A stretch of DNA of 64,000 nucleotides, taken from the NCBI GenBank assembly GCA_963662405.2, contig CAXXKT010000001.1:1760001-1824000 (forward strand), read 5' to 3'. Source of the stretch: Syntrophales bacterium (GTDB lineage: Bacteria; Desulfobacterota; Syntrophia; Syntrophales; UBA2210). This document shows positions 50,581 through 61,285 of this stretch, in pieces (position 1 is the first letter of the stretch; the number at the start of each line of letters is the position of its first letter). The notes below the pieces were generated by a model, which was given only the letters and a program-made list of their open reading frames with translations, had not been told where the DNA came from and made no database searches. A program made the position numbers and the translations under genes.

Positions 50581-51771
50581 CTATTCTGACCGGAGGGCAT
50601 CGATGGGGTTGAGCCGTGCCGCCTGCCGCGCAGGATAGAAACCGAAGAAGACTCCCACCACTCCCGAGACGATAACACCGAGGAGAATGGCATGATACGA
50701 CAGGAAGAAGTGCCACTGCGAAAGGGCCGAGATGCCATAGGACGCCCCGATTCCCAACCCGATACCGAGGATTCCCCCCACCATGCACAGCAGCATCGAT
50801 TCGACAATGAATTGGAGCTGTATGTCGTTTCTCTGGGCGCCGAGCGCCCGGCGGATGCCGATTTCTTTTCTCCTCTCCGTCACGGAAACGAGCATGACGT
50901 TCATGACGCCGACCCCCCCCACAATGAGTGAAATGCTCCCGATGGCTCCCAGGAGGATCGTAAAAAGACGCATCTGTTTCTGCATCTGATTGATGATCTC
51001 TTCCGCGCTTTTGACGCGGATTGCCATGTTCCGTACCATCCTCTTGAAATACTGTTTTGCCTGCATTGCCGCAGTGAGATGGTTGCCTTCCGGCCGGATC
51101 CTGCCGATGATGTTTCGTATGGATCCTCTCTGATCGAGACGCTGGCTGGTGGTCAGCGGGACCATGGCGCATTCACTGATCTCGTAGGGGCGCATTCCTC
51201 CCGCGGGAACACCATCTACCGCGCCGATGATCGTGAACAGCTTGTCCTCAAAAAAGATCCGACCGCCTATCATATCCTTCATTCCCAGGGACCGCAGCTT
51301 TCGCGCCATGGTGTCACCAACAACGCAGAAATAAGACCGCTCATCGAGATCGGAAATAAATCGTCCCTCTTTGAGGCGGAGTTTATTCAGATCCATGAAA
51401 CTCTCCGTGACGCCCATTACCGGGCCGTCCCACTTTTTCCCTTGGTATTTATACCTTCCATAGGTTGAGGTATAGGGAGCGACCGCTCCAATCTCCGGAC
51501 AATAGCGGGGAATCGCCAGTGCATCGGTCAAGGCGATCTCATTACTCTTGGTCGAACTACTCCCACCTCTGTGATCCTTGCTGATGGTCAGGATATCCGT
51601 CCCCATCTCTCTGAATTGACGAAGTGCCTCATTCTGAACGATTGTTCCGATCGATACCATGGCGATGACCGAACCGATACCGACGAATATGCCGATGAGG
51701 GCCAGCAACGTGCGCTGTTTGGACGCCAAGAGGCTGACCGTGGCCTCCTTTATATTTGCTCTGATGATCAT
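50581..51771 (-). CDS. MacB/FtsX-type ABC permease
   Basis: GIFVGIGSVI, GGVGVMNVMLVSVTERRKEIGIRRALGA, YPARQAARLNPIDALRSE. Confidence 0.92.
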   Translation of the reverse strand: MIIRANIKEATVSLLASKQRTLLALIGIFVGIGSVIAMVSIGTIVQNEALRQFREMGTDILTISKDHRGGSSSTKSNEIALTDALAIPRYCPEIGAVAPYTSTYGRYKYQGKKWDGPVMGVTESFMDLNKLRLKEGRFISDLDERSYFCVVGDTMARKLRSLGMKDMIGGRIFFEDKLFTIIGAVDGVPAGGMRPYEISECAMVPLTTSQRLDQRGSIRNIIGRIRPEGNHLTAAMQAKQYFKRMVRNMAIRVKSAEEIINQMQKQMRLFTILLGAIGSISLIVGGVGVMNVMLVSVTERRKEIGIRRALGAQRNDIQLQFIVESMLLCMVGGILGIGLGIGASYGISALSQWHFFLSYHAILLGVIVSGVVGVFFGFYPARQAARLNPIDALRSE

Positions 51772-51885
51772 ACCGGTTCGTACACCACCTTCCGTGTCTT
51801 TTTCAGGATCTCCCTGTTTCCACAATAACAACAGTATGCCGCTTCGTCTTGCGTGCCGATTCGTATGGTATCACCAGGGTCCCTC

Positions 51886-52560
51886 TTACAACACCGTGTC
51901 CTCCAGCAGCCCGTCGTTCATCCTCACGGTCCGCTTGCATTGTCTGGCAATGCCCGGATCGTGGGTAATAATGACGACAGTGACATCCTCTTCATCATTG
52001 AGGGTGAAGAAAAGATCCATGATTTCTCGCCCGACCTTGGTATCCAGGGCACCGGTCGGTTCATCGGCGAAGATAATGGAAGGATTTCCGACGAAGGCCC
52101 GCGCTATGGCCACTCGTTGTTGCTCCCCTCCCGAGAGTTCCGTCGGCCGGTGGTGCTGCCGGTGTGCCATTCCCACTTTTTCGAGCATCCGTTCCGAACA
52201 CTGCCGCTGCTCCTTCTCCCCTGCTCCTCGATAGATAAGAGGAAGCGCGACATTGTCGAGGGCGGTCAGGCGCGAAAGGAGATAAAAGTGCTGGAACACG
52301 AATCCTATTTTTTGGTTTCGTGTGGCCGACTGTTCTCTGTCACTGAATTGAGACACGTCTCTCCCTTCGAGGAGATAGGATCCGGAACTGGCAACGTCCA
52401 GGAGTCCCATGATATTCATCAATGTCGATTTCCCGCATCCAGACGTACCCACGATTGAGAGCAGTTCGCCCTCCTCAACGGTCAGATCGATCCCCTTCAG
52501 GATCTCCATTTCCAGGGGACCGATGTGATAGGATTTGCGAAGATCATGTATCTGAATCAT
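51886..52560 (-). CDS. MacB/LolD-type ABC ATPase
   Basis: GTSGCGKST, IGFVFQ, LSGGEQQR, ADEPTGALD, ITHD. Confidence 0.92.
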   Translation of the reverse strand: MIQIHDLRKSYHIGPLEMEILKGIDLTVEEGELLSIVGTSGCGKSTLMNIMGLLDVASSGSYLLEGRDVSQFSDREQSATRNQKIGFVFQHFYLLSRLTALDNVALPLIYRGAGEKEQRQCSERMLEKVGMAHRQHHRPTELSGGEQQRVAIARAFVGNPSIIFADEPTGALDTKVGREIMDLFFTLNDEEDVTVVIITHDPGIARQCKRTVRMNDGLLEDTVL

Positions 52561-52570
52561 AGGCGTTTTC

Positions 52571-54364
52571 TCAGGGTATGGCCGTCGTTTGTGGTTGATC
52601 CGTATCGAATGTGTCCGGGGAAGGGAGAGAGATCACCGAGGACCCCCGGGGCACTGCGACTCTATCGCCTGCTACAATCCCTCGCGTGATTTCTACCGAA
52701 TCGAGGGTGGTAATGCCGGTTTCGACTTCCGTTTCTCTTCGCTCCCCGCTTGAGGGGTCCCAAACAAAGGCAAAATGCCTTCCTTCAGAGGTCCTTATCG
52801 CCCCGATGGGGACCAGGACGGCTTGGGGATTGTTGTAGACCAGAACCTGGAGATTGGCCGACATGCCCAATCTGATGATCTCTTTTTGCTCCGGCGTCAG
52901 GCTTTTCACTGTTACATGGAGGCTGAACAGGGGGATTCCGAGCCCGGTCATGCTTTTCTGGGCCTGAGCGGATATGTGTGTGATTTCGCCGTGCAGGGGG
53001 GTGGAAAGGAAGGCGTCACCGGTGACGATGACCGTCTGACCGATCTTGACCCTTCCGATATCAACTTCGTCAACGGTTGCCCTGACAGTCAGACCGCTGA
53101 GATCGCCGATTGACAGAAGGAGGTCTCCTTGTGCCACGGATATCCCCCGTTCGATTGTCTTTGCCTTATCCTCACCTCTCTGGGTCGGCTTGATAACGAT
53201 ACCGCTCACCGGAGCCTTGACAACAGACTGCGCGACCTGCTGTCTCATCCTCTCCAACCTGCTTCTGGCATTTTCAAATTCCAGACGCAGAACCTTCACA
53301 TTTTCTTCGCTCCCCTTTTTCAGGACGGTCTGGAGTTCCTCTTTCTGGTTGATATATTGCTCCCGGGCCGATTCGTACTCATTGCGGGAGACGATCCCTT
53401 TCTCATAGAGAAGTTTGTTTTCCTCCATCTTGTTTGCGGCACTGGCAAGGGAGCGTCTGGCTTTGAGCACTTCGGTACCCCCGGACCATCCTTCAAGTAT
53501 TTCCAACTCCTTCCGGGCTTTGATATATGCGGACGTAGCCTCCCGGAGCTTGATCTCTATCTCGTTTGTGTCCATCAAAAGGAGCGGAGTTCCCCTCTTG
53601 ACGAACGCTCCGTACGTGAAATATCGCTCTTTTATATGGCCTTGAAAGGGGCTGATTACATTGATTTCACCAAGGGGTTCAATGGCTCCCGCCAGTGATA
53701 CGCTGGAGGAAAGGGGGCGAGGGGTCACCGTATAGGTGTCGAATTGTCCTGGTGCCGTCGTCCCGGTTGTCGCTCCGAGGGGGAGCGATGTTTTTTTCAG
53801 AAACCCGTCGCTCCATGAGTAGAATCCGATCCCGACGAAGAGCAGCACGACGCAGATGGTCACGACGACCCTGATAACCTGCACCTTCTTGAGCGCCGTG
53901 TTCAGGGTTTTATTCGATTCCTCAAGATCTCGGTAGGCGTCACGAAGCTGCCGGTTGAGTTCCTGCTCTGCGATTTGTAATTCTTTGATTTTCGTAACGT
54001 CATTGAAAACGACGATGACCCCCGTGTGCCCTCCGGCATCTTCCTCCGCCGATCTAAGGTATGACGACGTCACGGAGAGGGTGAGAGAGACATTGTCCCT
54101 GCGCCGAAATGAAACGGTTGCCTGATGGCCTGCAACGGACTCATAGATTGCATCGAGAATGGTCTGATTGAATTCGTCATTGCCCTCCATTTCCATCATA
54201 AAAACTTCGGCAAATGACCTGCCGATGACCTCATCGCCGGAAAAACCGAGGATTATGGATGCCGCTGGATTAAACATGATAATCCGTCCGCTGAGATTCA
54301 GGGTCATGACCCCGTCACTCATATTATCCAAGACATTCTTGTAAAATACCTCTGCCTTATCCAT
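52571..54364 (-). CDS. PAS domain fused to efflux periplasmic adaptor (MFP, MacA-like)
   Basis: N-terminal VLDNMSDGVMTLNLSGRIIMFNPAA..GVIVVFNDVT; coiled coil; TM helix; VKAPVSG, VDEVDI, VETGI. Confidence 0.85.
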   Translation of the reverse strand: MDKAEVFYKNVLDNMSDGVMTLNLSGRIIMFNPAASIILGFSGDEVIGRSFAEVFMMEMEGNDEFNQTILDAIYESVAGHQATVSFRRRDNVSLTLSVTSSYLRSAEEDAGGHTGVIVVFNDVTKIKELQIAEQELNRQLRDAYRDLEESNKTLNTALKKVQVIRVVVTICVVLLFVGIGFYSWSDGFLKKTSLPLGATTGTTAPGQFDTYTVTPRPLSSSVSLAGAIEPLGEINVISPFQGHIKERYFTYGAFVKRGTPLLLMDTNEIEIKLREATSAYIKARKELEILEGWSGGTEVLKARRSLASAANKMEENKLLYEKGIVSRNEYESAREQYINQKEELQTVLKKGSEENVKVLRLEFENARSRLERMRQQVAQSVVKAPVSGIVIKPTQRGEDKAKTIERGISVAQGDLLLSIGDLSGLTVRATVDEVDIGRVKIGQTVIVTGDAFLSTPLHGEITHISAQAQKSMTGLGIPLFSLHVTVKSLTPEQKEIIRLGMSANLQVLVYNNPQAVLVPIGAIRTSEGRHFAFVWDPSSGERRETEVETGITTLDSVEITRGIVAGDRVAVPRGSSVISLPSPDTFDTDQPQTTAIP

Positions 54365-54433
54365 AAGAAAAATCCTTTCGGAAAGACCCTGATTGATGTT
54401 GTTCAGACGGCCGTTTCTGTCCCGCACGAAGGA

Positions 54434-55993
54434 TCATCGATACTCAAACAATTCGTGTTCCAAGGCTTGATAGTCGTCCCGTAATTGTATCTTCCATGTG
54501 TCGAGCGTTGTTCCCAGAAGTTGATCGAGGGTCGTCAGCGATGTCAGATAGGATATGGTCTGATTCACTTCCGCCTCCTGCCTTTCCACCAGGGTATTCT
54601 GAAAGCTCACCACCTGGAAGAGAGTGGATCTGCCCGCGTTGAGCTTGGTTTTTTCAACCTCCAGTTTTTGCCTGGCGAGTTCGAGACTCTTGCGTGCTCG
54701 CTTGAGGAGCGCCAGTTGGGTGTGCACATTGCGGACGGCATTCCGTACGTCGGTCTCGAGATCGCTTCTGGCCTCCTCCAGGTTTAACCGCGCGACCTTG
54801 AGGGCCTTCTTCGCGAGCAGGAGGTCCTGTCTCTTGACGAGCCGGTCATTTCCATAGATTTCAAAGGGAATCGTGAGGTTGAGACCGATATACCACTCGC
54901 GCTCCTTGTCATCATCGGCAGCGTCTTTTACGAGGGCATCCTCGTAGTCCTCCCCGTATCGTGCGGAAAGACCGAGATCCCAGAGTCGGCTATTTTCTTC
55001 CTCCATCAGTTCAAGCTCACTGCGCGTCACGTTGTTCACCTTCTGTGCGTAGGCGCCGTTGTTTTTCAAGGCGATTGTCAGGCAGTCGTCATAGACGGGT
55101 TTCACTTCCCGGAGAAAGACCTCATCGGCCGGGGTAATGGAGATGTTCCTCTCGATATCGAGGACGTCGATCAGGGTCAGAAGGTTTGTCTCCACGATGT
55201 TGACGGCCTCTTCGTAGCTGAATTCCTGGTCGGCGACCTGGGCCTCCGATTGGATCAGTTCATTGGCCGCCATTCGTCCTGTTTCAACGAGGATTTTATT
55301 CGTTTCAAGCTGATGTTTTGCCTCTTCCAGCGCCGCCTCCCTGATCTTGAGATTCCGGGATGACTTGTAGAAATTGTTGTATCCGGATATTACCGAGGCA
55401 ATGATGCCGCCGATATCGTCCCTCAGGTTCAGGAGGTTTTCTTGTTCCGTGAGTCGTGCCTTGATGAGCGATGCCCGATTATATGTGATTCCTCCCCCTT
55501 TCAAGAGTGGTTGCGTCAACGTTACCGACCACCCTGAAGGGAGTGTTGATTCGGAATCGGAGGCTCCGTCCGTCTTTGTCCGTATGGTGGTGTATTGCTG
55601 CTCCCATCCGAAGGCGATCTGAGCGCCAGTGGGAAGTTTCTGTGTGGCACTGGCGGTTACACCGGTCTCCAGAGATTCGGTGCGCGTTTTATCCTTCTCT
55701 CCCACCGCTGTCGCGTAGGCGTCCGTATAGGTCCCATCTGCGATGATATCAACCCTGATATTGGGAAGGAATTCTGCTTCTGCAATCTGAAGGTCGTATT
55801 TCTGGGTGACCCGATTGAGATAGGTGATCGCGATACTTCTGTTGGAGCGAAGTGCCAGCGAGACGGCGTCAGACAGGGTCATCTCGATCGTCTTACCGGA
55901 TTCCTTTTTTCTCTGCTCCTGAGGCGTTTCGCCCGCCCAGACAGTGAGTGCCATCAGGAGTATAACCACAACAAGATAAAGTCGACTTTTCAT
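54434..55993 (-). CDS. TolC-family outer membrane protein
   Basis: Signal peptide; LSDAVSLAL..N, LTQPLLKG, GRST, YL..L..LDQLLGT. Confidence 0.88.
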   Translation of the reverse strand: MKSRLYLVVVILLMALTVWAGETPQEQRKKESGKTIEMTLSDAVSLALRSNRSIAITYLNRVTQKYDLQIAEAEFLPNIRVDIIADGTYTDAYATAVGEKDKTRTESLETGVTASATQKLPTGAQIAFGWEQQYTTIRTKTDGASDSESTLPSGWSVTLTQPLLKGGGITYNRASLIKARLTEQENLLNLRDDIGGIIASVISGYNNFYKSSRNLKIREAALEEAKHQLETNKILVETGRMAANELIQSEAQVADQEFSYEEAVNIVETNLLTLIDVLDIERNISITPADEVFLREVKPVYDDCLTIALKNNGAYAQKVNNVTRSELELMEEENSRLWDLGLSARYGEDYEDALVKDAADDDKEREWYIGLNLTIPFEIYGNDRLVKRQDLLLAKKALKVARLNLEEARSDLETDVRNAVRNVHTQLALLKRARKSLELARQKLEVEKTKLNAGRSTLFQVVSFQNTLVERQEAEVNQTISYLTSLTTLDQLLGTTLDTWKIQLRDDYQALEHELFEYR

Positions 55994-56602
55994 AGCGCAA
56001 TACTGCCTCAAGGCCTGAGAGATGATCGTTTACCGTTGCTGAAGCAGCACTCTAGCCCAATCCATGAAATAAGTCAAAAAGTATCGGTACATGCGCCGCA
56101 CAGTTCCGTCTGACGGGTACGATCCTGAAACTGACGGTGCGCAATGACGCCTCCCTCCTGTTGGAATTGCGAATCAGGGACAGTATGGGACATATCGTGC
56201 GGAGATGGAAGACGGCGCACGGACGATCGTCGTGAAGGCCGGCAGCGGCCGTACGTGATCTTGCCCATTCCTGCTGGTGGAACCCAGTACCCGTCGCTCA
56301 GGATTTCTCAGTACGAAAATAGTGAGTGTACACAACGGCTTTGACCTCAAACGCGGCTTCGTTATACCCTGTCTTATCAGAGCCGAAGGACAAATGATCG
56401 CATGCCAACCGCCGGCATGAGAACCCTGGTCGCCACGAGCATCTGTTTCTTCATGCAGAATATCTCCTGTGATTCTCCGTCAGGTTTCCAAGAAACTCCA
56501 AGATAAAAAGAGTGGATACACGAGGACATCTCTGAGATTCCCCTTGCATTTTTCCACATATGTTATTACATCGGAGCTGAGATAGAAATACAGGAGGGTG
56601 TT

Positions 56603-56935
56603 ATGGAGATATCCGCGGAAAAGGGTGAAAAGGGCCTGATGGTTCACGTGGCCGGTCGAATGGATGCTGTTTCGTCTCCGGAATTCGAGAAGGCGATGGA
56701 CGCCTGGCTTGAAAAGGGGGAGACGATTCTTGTCGTCGATTGCAGCAACCTTGAGTATATCAGCAGTTCGGGGCTCAGGAGCGTCCTGACCATCGCCAAG
56801 AAGTTGAAGGCGCGGAACGGAAAGATCCTCCTCGTCTCCCTGACGAGTGTTGTCAAAGAGGTCTTTGACATCTCCGGATTCAGCGCCATCATTCCGGTCT
56901 ACGATTCGCTGCAGGTTGCCGTTGCCGATCTATAG
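56603..56935 (+). CDS. STAS domain anti-sigma factor antagonist (RsbV/SpoIIAA-like)
   Basis: GRMDA, VDCSNLEYISSSGLR (phospho-Ser site), VFDISGF; AGGAGG RBS. Confidence 0.92.
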   Translation: MEISAEKGEKGLMVHVAGRMDAVSSPEFEKAMDAWLEKGETILVVDCSNLEYISSSGLRSVLTIAKKLKARNGKILLVSLTSVVKEVFDISGFSAIIPVYDSLQVAVADL

Positions 56936-56995
56936 GCGGACAGGTACGTATCGAAACAGGGGGAGGCCCCTGCTCTCCTGTAGGAGGAAGCGTCG

Positions 56996-57403
56996 ATGGA
57001 GACATTGCAACTGCCGGCAATTCTTGAGAACCTGGATCCCTTTATCGGATTCGTGCATTCAGGTGCGGCATCTTTTGGCCTGAGCGACAAGAGGATCCTG
57101 GAGGTTGAGTTGGCGTTGGAGGAGGCCCTGGTCAATGTCTTTCAGAATGCCTATCCGGGGGGGGACGGATGGGTGGAGGTGCGTTTCGGGTCCCGGGATA
57201 CAAACCAGTTTGTCATAGAGATCATCGACGAGGGGATTCCCTTCGACCCTCTCGCACGTCCCGATCCGAATGTCGACCGGGGGATCGAAGAGCGGGAGGT
57301 AGGAGGGTTGGGGATCTTCCTGGTCAAAGATATGATCGACCACGTGGAATATCGCCGGGAGGGGGCGATGAATATCCTGACCTTCCAGGTGTTCAGAGAG
57401 TAG
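56996..57403 (+). CDS. Anti-sigma factor Ser kinase (RsbW-like)
   Basis: LALEEALVN, DEGIPFDP, GGLGIFLV. Confidence 0.92.
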   Translation: METLQLPAILENLDPFIGFVHSGAASFGLSDKRILEVELALEEALVNVFQNAYPGGDGWVEVRFGSRDTNQFVIEIIDEGIPFDPLARPDPNVDRGIEEREVGGLGIFLVKDMIDHVEYRREGAMNILTFQVFRE

Positions 57404-57410
57404 AAGGACT

Positions 57411-58394
57411 ATGGTCGAAAAGAAAAAGTTGTTTATTGTTGTCATCTTTTTTGTTTGTTTCTCTTTCCCCGCGATGGCTGTTTCCGGGACGCCGGCAAAG
57501 ATGTCGTTCATCCCGCAGTGGGTCCCCCAGGCGCAGTTTGCCGGATATTACATGGCGTACGAGAAGGGGATCTATGAGCGGTACGGGATTGATTTGACCA
57601 TCATCACAGGTGGTCCCGATCGGCCGCCGTCGGACCTCCTTGAAGAGGGGACCGCTGATTTCGCTACCCTCTGGCTGACAACGGGGATTCAGCTGCGTGC
57701 GAAGGGCGTCCCGGTGGTCAATATCGCCCAGATGCTGAAGCGCTCGGCGCTGATGCTGGTCGCAAAAAAATCCAGCGGCATCGAGCGTCCCGAAGATATG
57801 AACGGCAAGAAGGTCGGTCTGTGGGGACCGGTCTTTCAGATCCAGCCCCGGGCCTTCTTTAAAAAATACAAACTTGATGTCCGGGAGGTTCCCCAGTCGT
57901 ATTCCGTCAACCTCTTTCTCCGTGACGGTGTCGACGTCGCGTCGGCCATGTGGTACAACGAATATCACACGATCCTGAACTGTGGCCTCAATCCCGATGA
58001 ACTGACCACCTTCTTTTTCCACGAACACGGTCTCAATTTTCCTGAAGACGGCATCTATGTCCTCGAAGAGACGTATCGAAAAAATCCGGAATTGTGCAGT
58101 TCTTTTGTACAGGCATCGCTGGAAGGATGGCAGTATGCATTCGAAAATCCGGAGGAAACGATTGCCGTTGTCATGAGTAACCTGGAACGTGAGCATATCC
58201 CGGCCACGGCGGTACACCAGAGATGGATGCTGAACCGGATGAAGGATCTCATGTTGCCGGACGGAGGTACCGATGGATCGCCAGGAAGCCTGCGTCCTGA
58301 GGATTATCACCGTGTCGCCATAGGGTTGAAGACAAACGAGTTGATAGAGACGATCCCCAGCTTTACCTCCTTCTATCGGGGGAGTGCCAGATGA
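57411..58394 (+). CDS. NMT1/THI5-like periplasmic binding protein
   Basis: Signal peptide; QWVPQAQFAGYYMAYEKG.Y, YNE, FVQASLEGWQYA. Confidence 0.88.
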   Translation: MVEKKKLFIVVIFFVCFSFPAMAVSGTPAKMSFIPQWVPQAQFAGYYMAYEKGIYERYGIDLTIITGGPDRPPSDLLEEGTADFATLWLTTGIQLRAKGVPVVNIAQMLKRSALMLVAKKSSGIERPEDMNGKKVGLWGPVFQIQPRAFFKKYKLDVREVPQSYSVNLFLRDGVDVASAMWYNEYHTILNCGLNPDELTTFFFHEHGLNFPEDGIYVLEETYRKNPELCSSFVQASLEGWQYAFENPEETIAVVMSNLEREHIPATAVHQRWMLNRMKDLMLPDGGTDGSPGSLRPEDYHRVAIGLKTNELIETIPSFTSFYRGSAR

Positions 58395-60319
58395 TACGGA
58401 AAAAAGGAATTGCCTTTAAACTGATCGTTTCTATTCTTGCCGGTGTCTCTGTTATATTCTTGGCTATCTTCGGATATAACTATCTCTATTCACGGAATCT
58501 GATCGTCAAATACGTGGAAGAGAACGCCAAGAATCTCGCGGGGAGGACGATCGGCCAGATAGATAAGGTGCTCGGTTCCGTCGCGAAGGTTCCTCAGAAT
58601 GTTGCCCATGTCCTCGAGGATACCTCCTGCACTGCTGATGAGCTGGAAACCTTTCTCCGGTCGGTCGTGCGTGAAAATGATGAGATTTACGGTGCAACCC
58701 TTGCCTTCGAGCCCTATATGTTTGATTCCGGAAAAGAACGATACGCACCCTATTTTTATAAGGATGCCGATGGAGATATTCGGTTTTCCAATCTTGCAGG
58801 AGAGTCCTACAACTATCTCAACGCGGACTGGTATCAGATCCCGCGGGAACTTCAGCATCCTGTATGGACTGAGCCCTATTTCGACGAAGGGGGAGGGAAT
58901 ATCGTCATGTCGACCTATTCCGTTCCCTTCTATCGAGTCAGGGATGGGAAAAGAATGTTCGCCGGAATCGTCACCGCGGATATATCTCTCTCATGGCTCC
59001 AGCAGATCGTTTCGTCGATCCGAATCGCCCAGACAGGATATGGCTTCGTTATCACGAAAAACGGAACCTTTGTCGTTCATCCCGACAAAAAGATAGTCAT
59101 GAACGAGACTATCTTCAGCCTCGCGGAGGGGCGGGGCGACCCCGCACTTCGCGAAGTGGGCCGAAAGATGATTCACGGCGGGTCCGGCTTTGTTGCTTTC
59201 CGGAGCACCGTCACGGAAAAGATGTGCTGGATGGTCTATGCTCCCTCGAAGGCGAGCGGGTGGTCGGTTGGTGTCCTTTTCCCGCAGGATGAACTGATGT
59301 CGGATGTGACCCGAATGAACCGGACGGTTCTGATTATCGGGTTCGTCGGGTTGCTCTTTTTGTGTTTCGTCATTGTTCTCATAGCTCAGACCATCACCCG
59401 ACCCCTCCGACTCCTGGCCGGAGCGGCCCGCACCATTGCGACGGGTGATCTCGATGGTCGCATCCCCCGTGTGAAGGCACGGGATGAGGTCGGTGAGCTT
59501 GCCGAATCGCTTGATTATATGAAGGTTTCGCTGAAGAAATATATCGAAGACCTGACCGAAGCGACGGCGGCGCGGGAACGCATAGAGGGTGAACTTAAGG
59601 TCGCGCATGATATCCAGATGGGTATTCTCCCCAAGGTCTATCCGCCCTTTCCCGACAGACCGGAATTCGAACTCTATGCCATGCTCCAGCCGGCGAAGGA
59701 GGTGGGAGGAGACCTGTATGACTTCTTCTTTCTGGACGATGATCACCTCTGTTTCCTGGTGGGGGATGTCTCGGGGAAGGGCGTGCCGGCGTCCCTTTTC
59801 ATGGCCATCACCAAGACGCTGATCAAGACGAAGGCTACAAAGGGCATCTCCCCGGAGGCGATCCTGGGGAGCGTCAATCAGGATCTTTCCGTGGACAACC
59901 CGTCTCTCATGTTTGTCACCCTTTTCCTGGGGATCCTGAACATACGGACGGGAAAACTGATCTATTGCAACGGCGGGCATAACCCGCCCTACGTCATCCG
60001 CTCGGACGGTACCCTTGAAACGATTGAGACGACCAACGGTATGGCCCTCGGTGTCATGGAGGACTTTCTCTATCAGTCGAAGACACTGACACTTGGTATG
60101 CATGACACGCTTATGCTTTATACCGACGGAGTGACAGAGGCGATGAATGAGCGCCACGAGCTTTTTTCGGAACAAAGGCTGGAAGATATCCTGTTGACCT
60201 CGGTGGACACTTTACCTCAAGAACTGATCCGAAAAGTCCTGGAAATGATCCTGGAATATTGCCGTGATGTTGAACAGACGGATGATATCACCATGCTGGC
60301 GATTCGTTTCAACGGATAG
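58391..60319 (+). CDS. Membrane PP2C/SpoIIE phosphatase with Cache and HAMP domains (RsbU-like)
   Basis: Two TMs; WY..P..WTEPYFD (Cache); HAMP; AHDIQ, VGGDLYD, GDVSGKG, YTDGVTE, DDITM. Confidence 0.92.
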   Translation: MIRKKGIAFKLIVSILAGVSVIFLAIFGYNYLYSRNLIVKYVEENAKNLAGRTIGQIDKVLGSVAKVPQNVAHVLEDTSCTADELETFLRSVVRENDEIYGATLAFEPYMFDSGKERYAPYFYKDADGDIRFSNLAGESYNYLNADWYQIPRELQHPVWTEPYFDEGGGNIVMSTYSVPFYRVRDGKRMFAGIVTADISLSWLQQIVSSIRIAQTGYGFVITKNGTFVVHPDKKIVMNETIFSLAEGRGDPALREVGRKMIHGGSGFVAFRSTVTEKMCWMVYAPSKASGWSVGVLFPQDELMSDVTRMNRTVLIIGFVGLLFLCFVIVLIAQTITRPLRLLAGAARTIATGDLDGRIPRVKARDEVGELAESLDYMKVSLKKYIEDLTEATAARERIEGELKVAHDIQMGILPKVYPPFPDRPEFELYAMLQPAKEVGGDLYDFFFLDDDHLCFLVGDVSGKGVPASLFMAITKTLIKTKATKGISPEAILGSVNQDLSVDNPSLMFVTLFLGILNIRTGKLIYCNGGHNPPYVIRSDGTLETIETTNGMALGVMEDFLYQSKTLTLGMHDTLMLYTDGVTEAMNERHELFSEQRLEDILLTSVDTLPQELIRKVLEMILEYCRDVEQTDDITMLAIRFNG

Positions 60320-60400
60320 TACACTATAACGGGGGAACGGTCTTGCCCGCATGTTTCGGTAAGAGACGAGCCATTCCCGGCATACAATGGAGGGTGTGGT

Positions 60401-61285
60401 ATGCAGGCGGTACGCCGGAGACTGAAGATATTCCTGGCCCTCTTCGTTGTGGTTACGGCGGCGGGGACGGTCGGGTTCATGGTCCTTGAGGATCTCTCGT
60501 TTCCTGAGGCCCTCTACTATAACATCGTCACCATGTCCACCGTCGGATACGGGGATATCCACCCGACGAGCAACGCCAGCCGCCTCTTCGCCGTCCTCCT
60601 CATCATCATGGGGGCGGGGACCTTTATCGGGGTGATCGCGAACGCGACCGAGATGGTCCTTCTCAAGCGGGAAGAGCAGCACCGGCTCCGCAAGATCAAT
60701 ATGGTGCGGGGGATCTTCTTCAATGAGGTGGGGTATGACCTCCTCAGTCTCCTTGCCTCCTACGACCGTGATATAGAAAAGACGAGAGACCGATTCATCG
60801 TCGAGACGGACTGGTCGGATCGGCACTTTGCGTCCGTTCAGAAGGTGCTCAAGCGACATGCCTTTCATGTGGATGCCGATCGTGTCGATGTCATAGGCCT
60901 CTTTGATTTCCTCGAGGACAAACAGAGATTCCTCGCCCGGCTGCTGGAGAATCCGGTCCTGATAGAGCACGAGGAGTTCACGGAGGTCCTCCTGGCCGTT
61001 TTTCACCTGACGGATGAACTGGCCAGTCGTGACCAGCTCACGGTCCTCCCCCGGTCGGATATAAAGCACCTCGTGGGGGATATCAACCGCGTCTACGGGC
61101 TGCTGATCGGGCAGTGGTTTGTGTACCTGCAGCACGTGAAGAGCCAGTATCCGTATCTGTATTCCCTGGCCGTCCGGAAGAACCCCTTCGACGAGGATGC
61201 GACCCCGGTGGTCATTGATACCGATTCTGAAGAGGAGACGGTCGTCCTCGCGGACGAAGATAGAGAAGAAAAGGAAAAACAATGA
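60401..61285 (+). CDS. Potassium channel family protein (2-TM pore)
   Basis: TMSTVGYGD selectivity filter between two TM helices. Confidence 0.85.
   Translation: MQAVRRRLKIFLALFVVVTAAGTVGFMVLEDLSFPEALYYNIVTMSTVGYGDIHPTSNASRLFAVLLIIMGAGTFIGVIANATEMVLLKREEQHRLRKINMVRGIFFNEVGYDLLSLLASYDRDIEKTRDRFIVETDWSDRHFASVQKVLKRHAFHVDADRVDVIGLFDFLEDKQRFLARLLENPVLIEHEEFTEVLLAVFHLTDELASRDQLTVLPRSDIKHLVGDINRVYGLLIGQWFVYLQHVKSQYPYLYSLAVRKNPFDEDATPVVIDTDSEEETVVLADEDREEKEKQ

Noticed and set aside
56110..56300. GACGGGTAC...GTACCCGTC as MITE ends
   Set aside because: Only 9 bp, with no target-site duplication or second copy seen.
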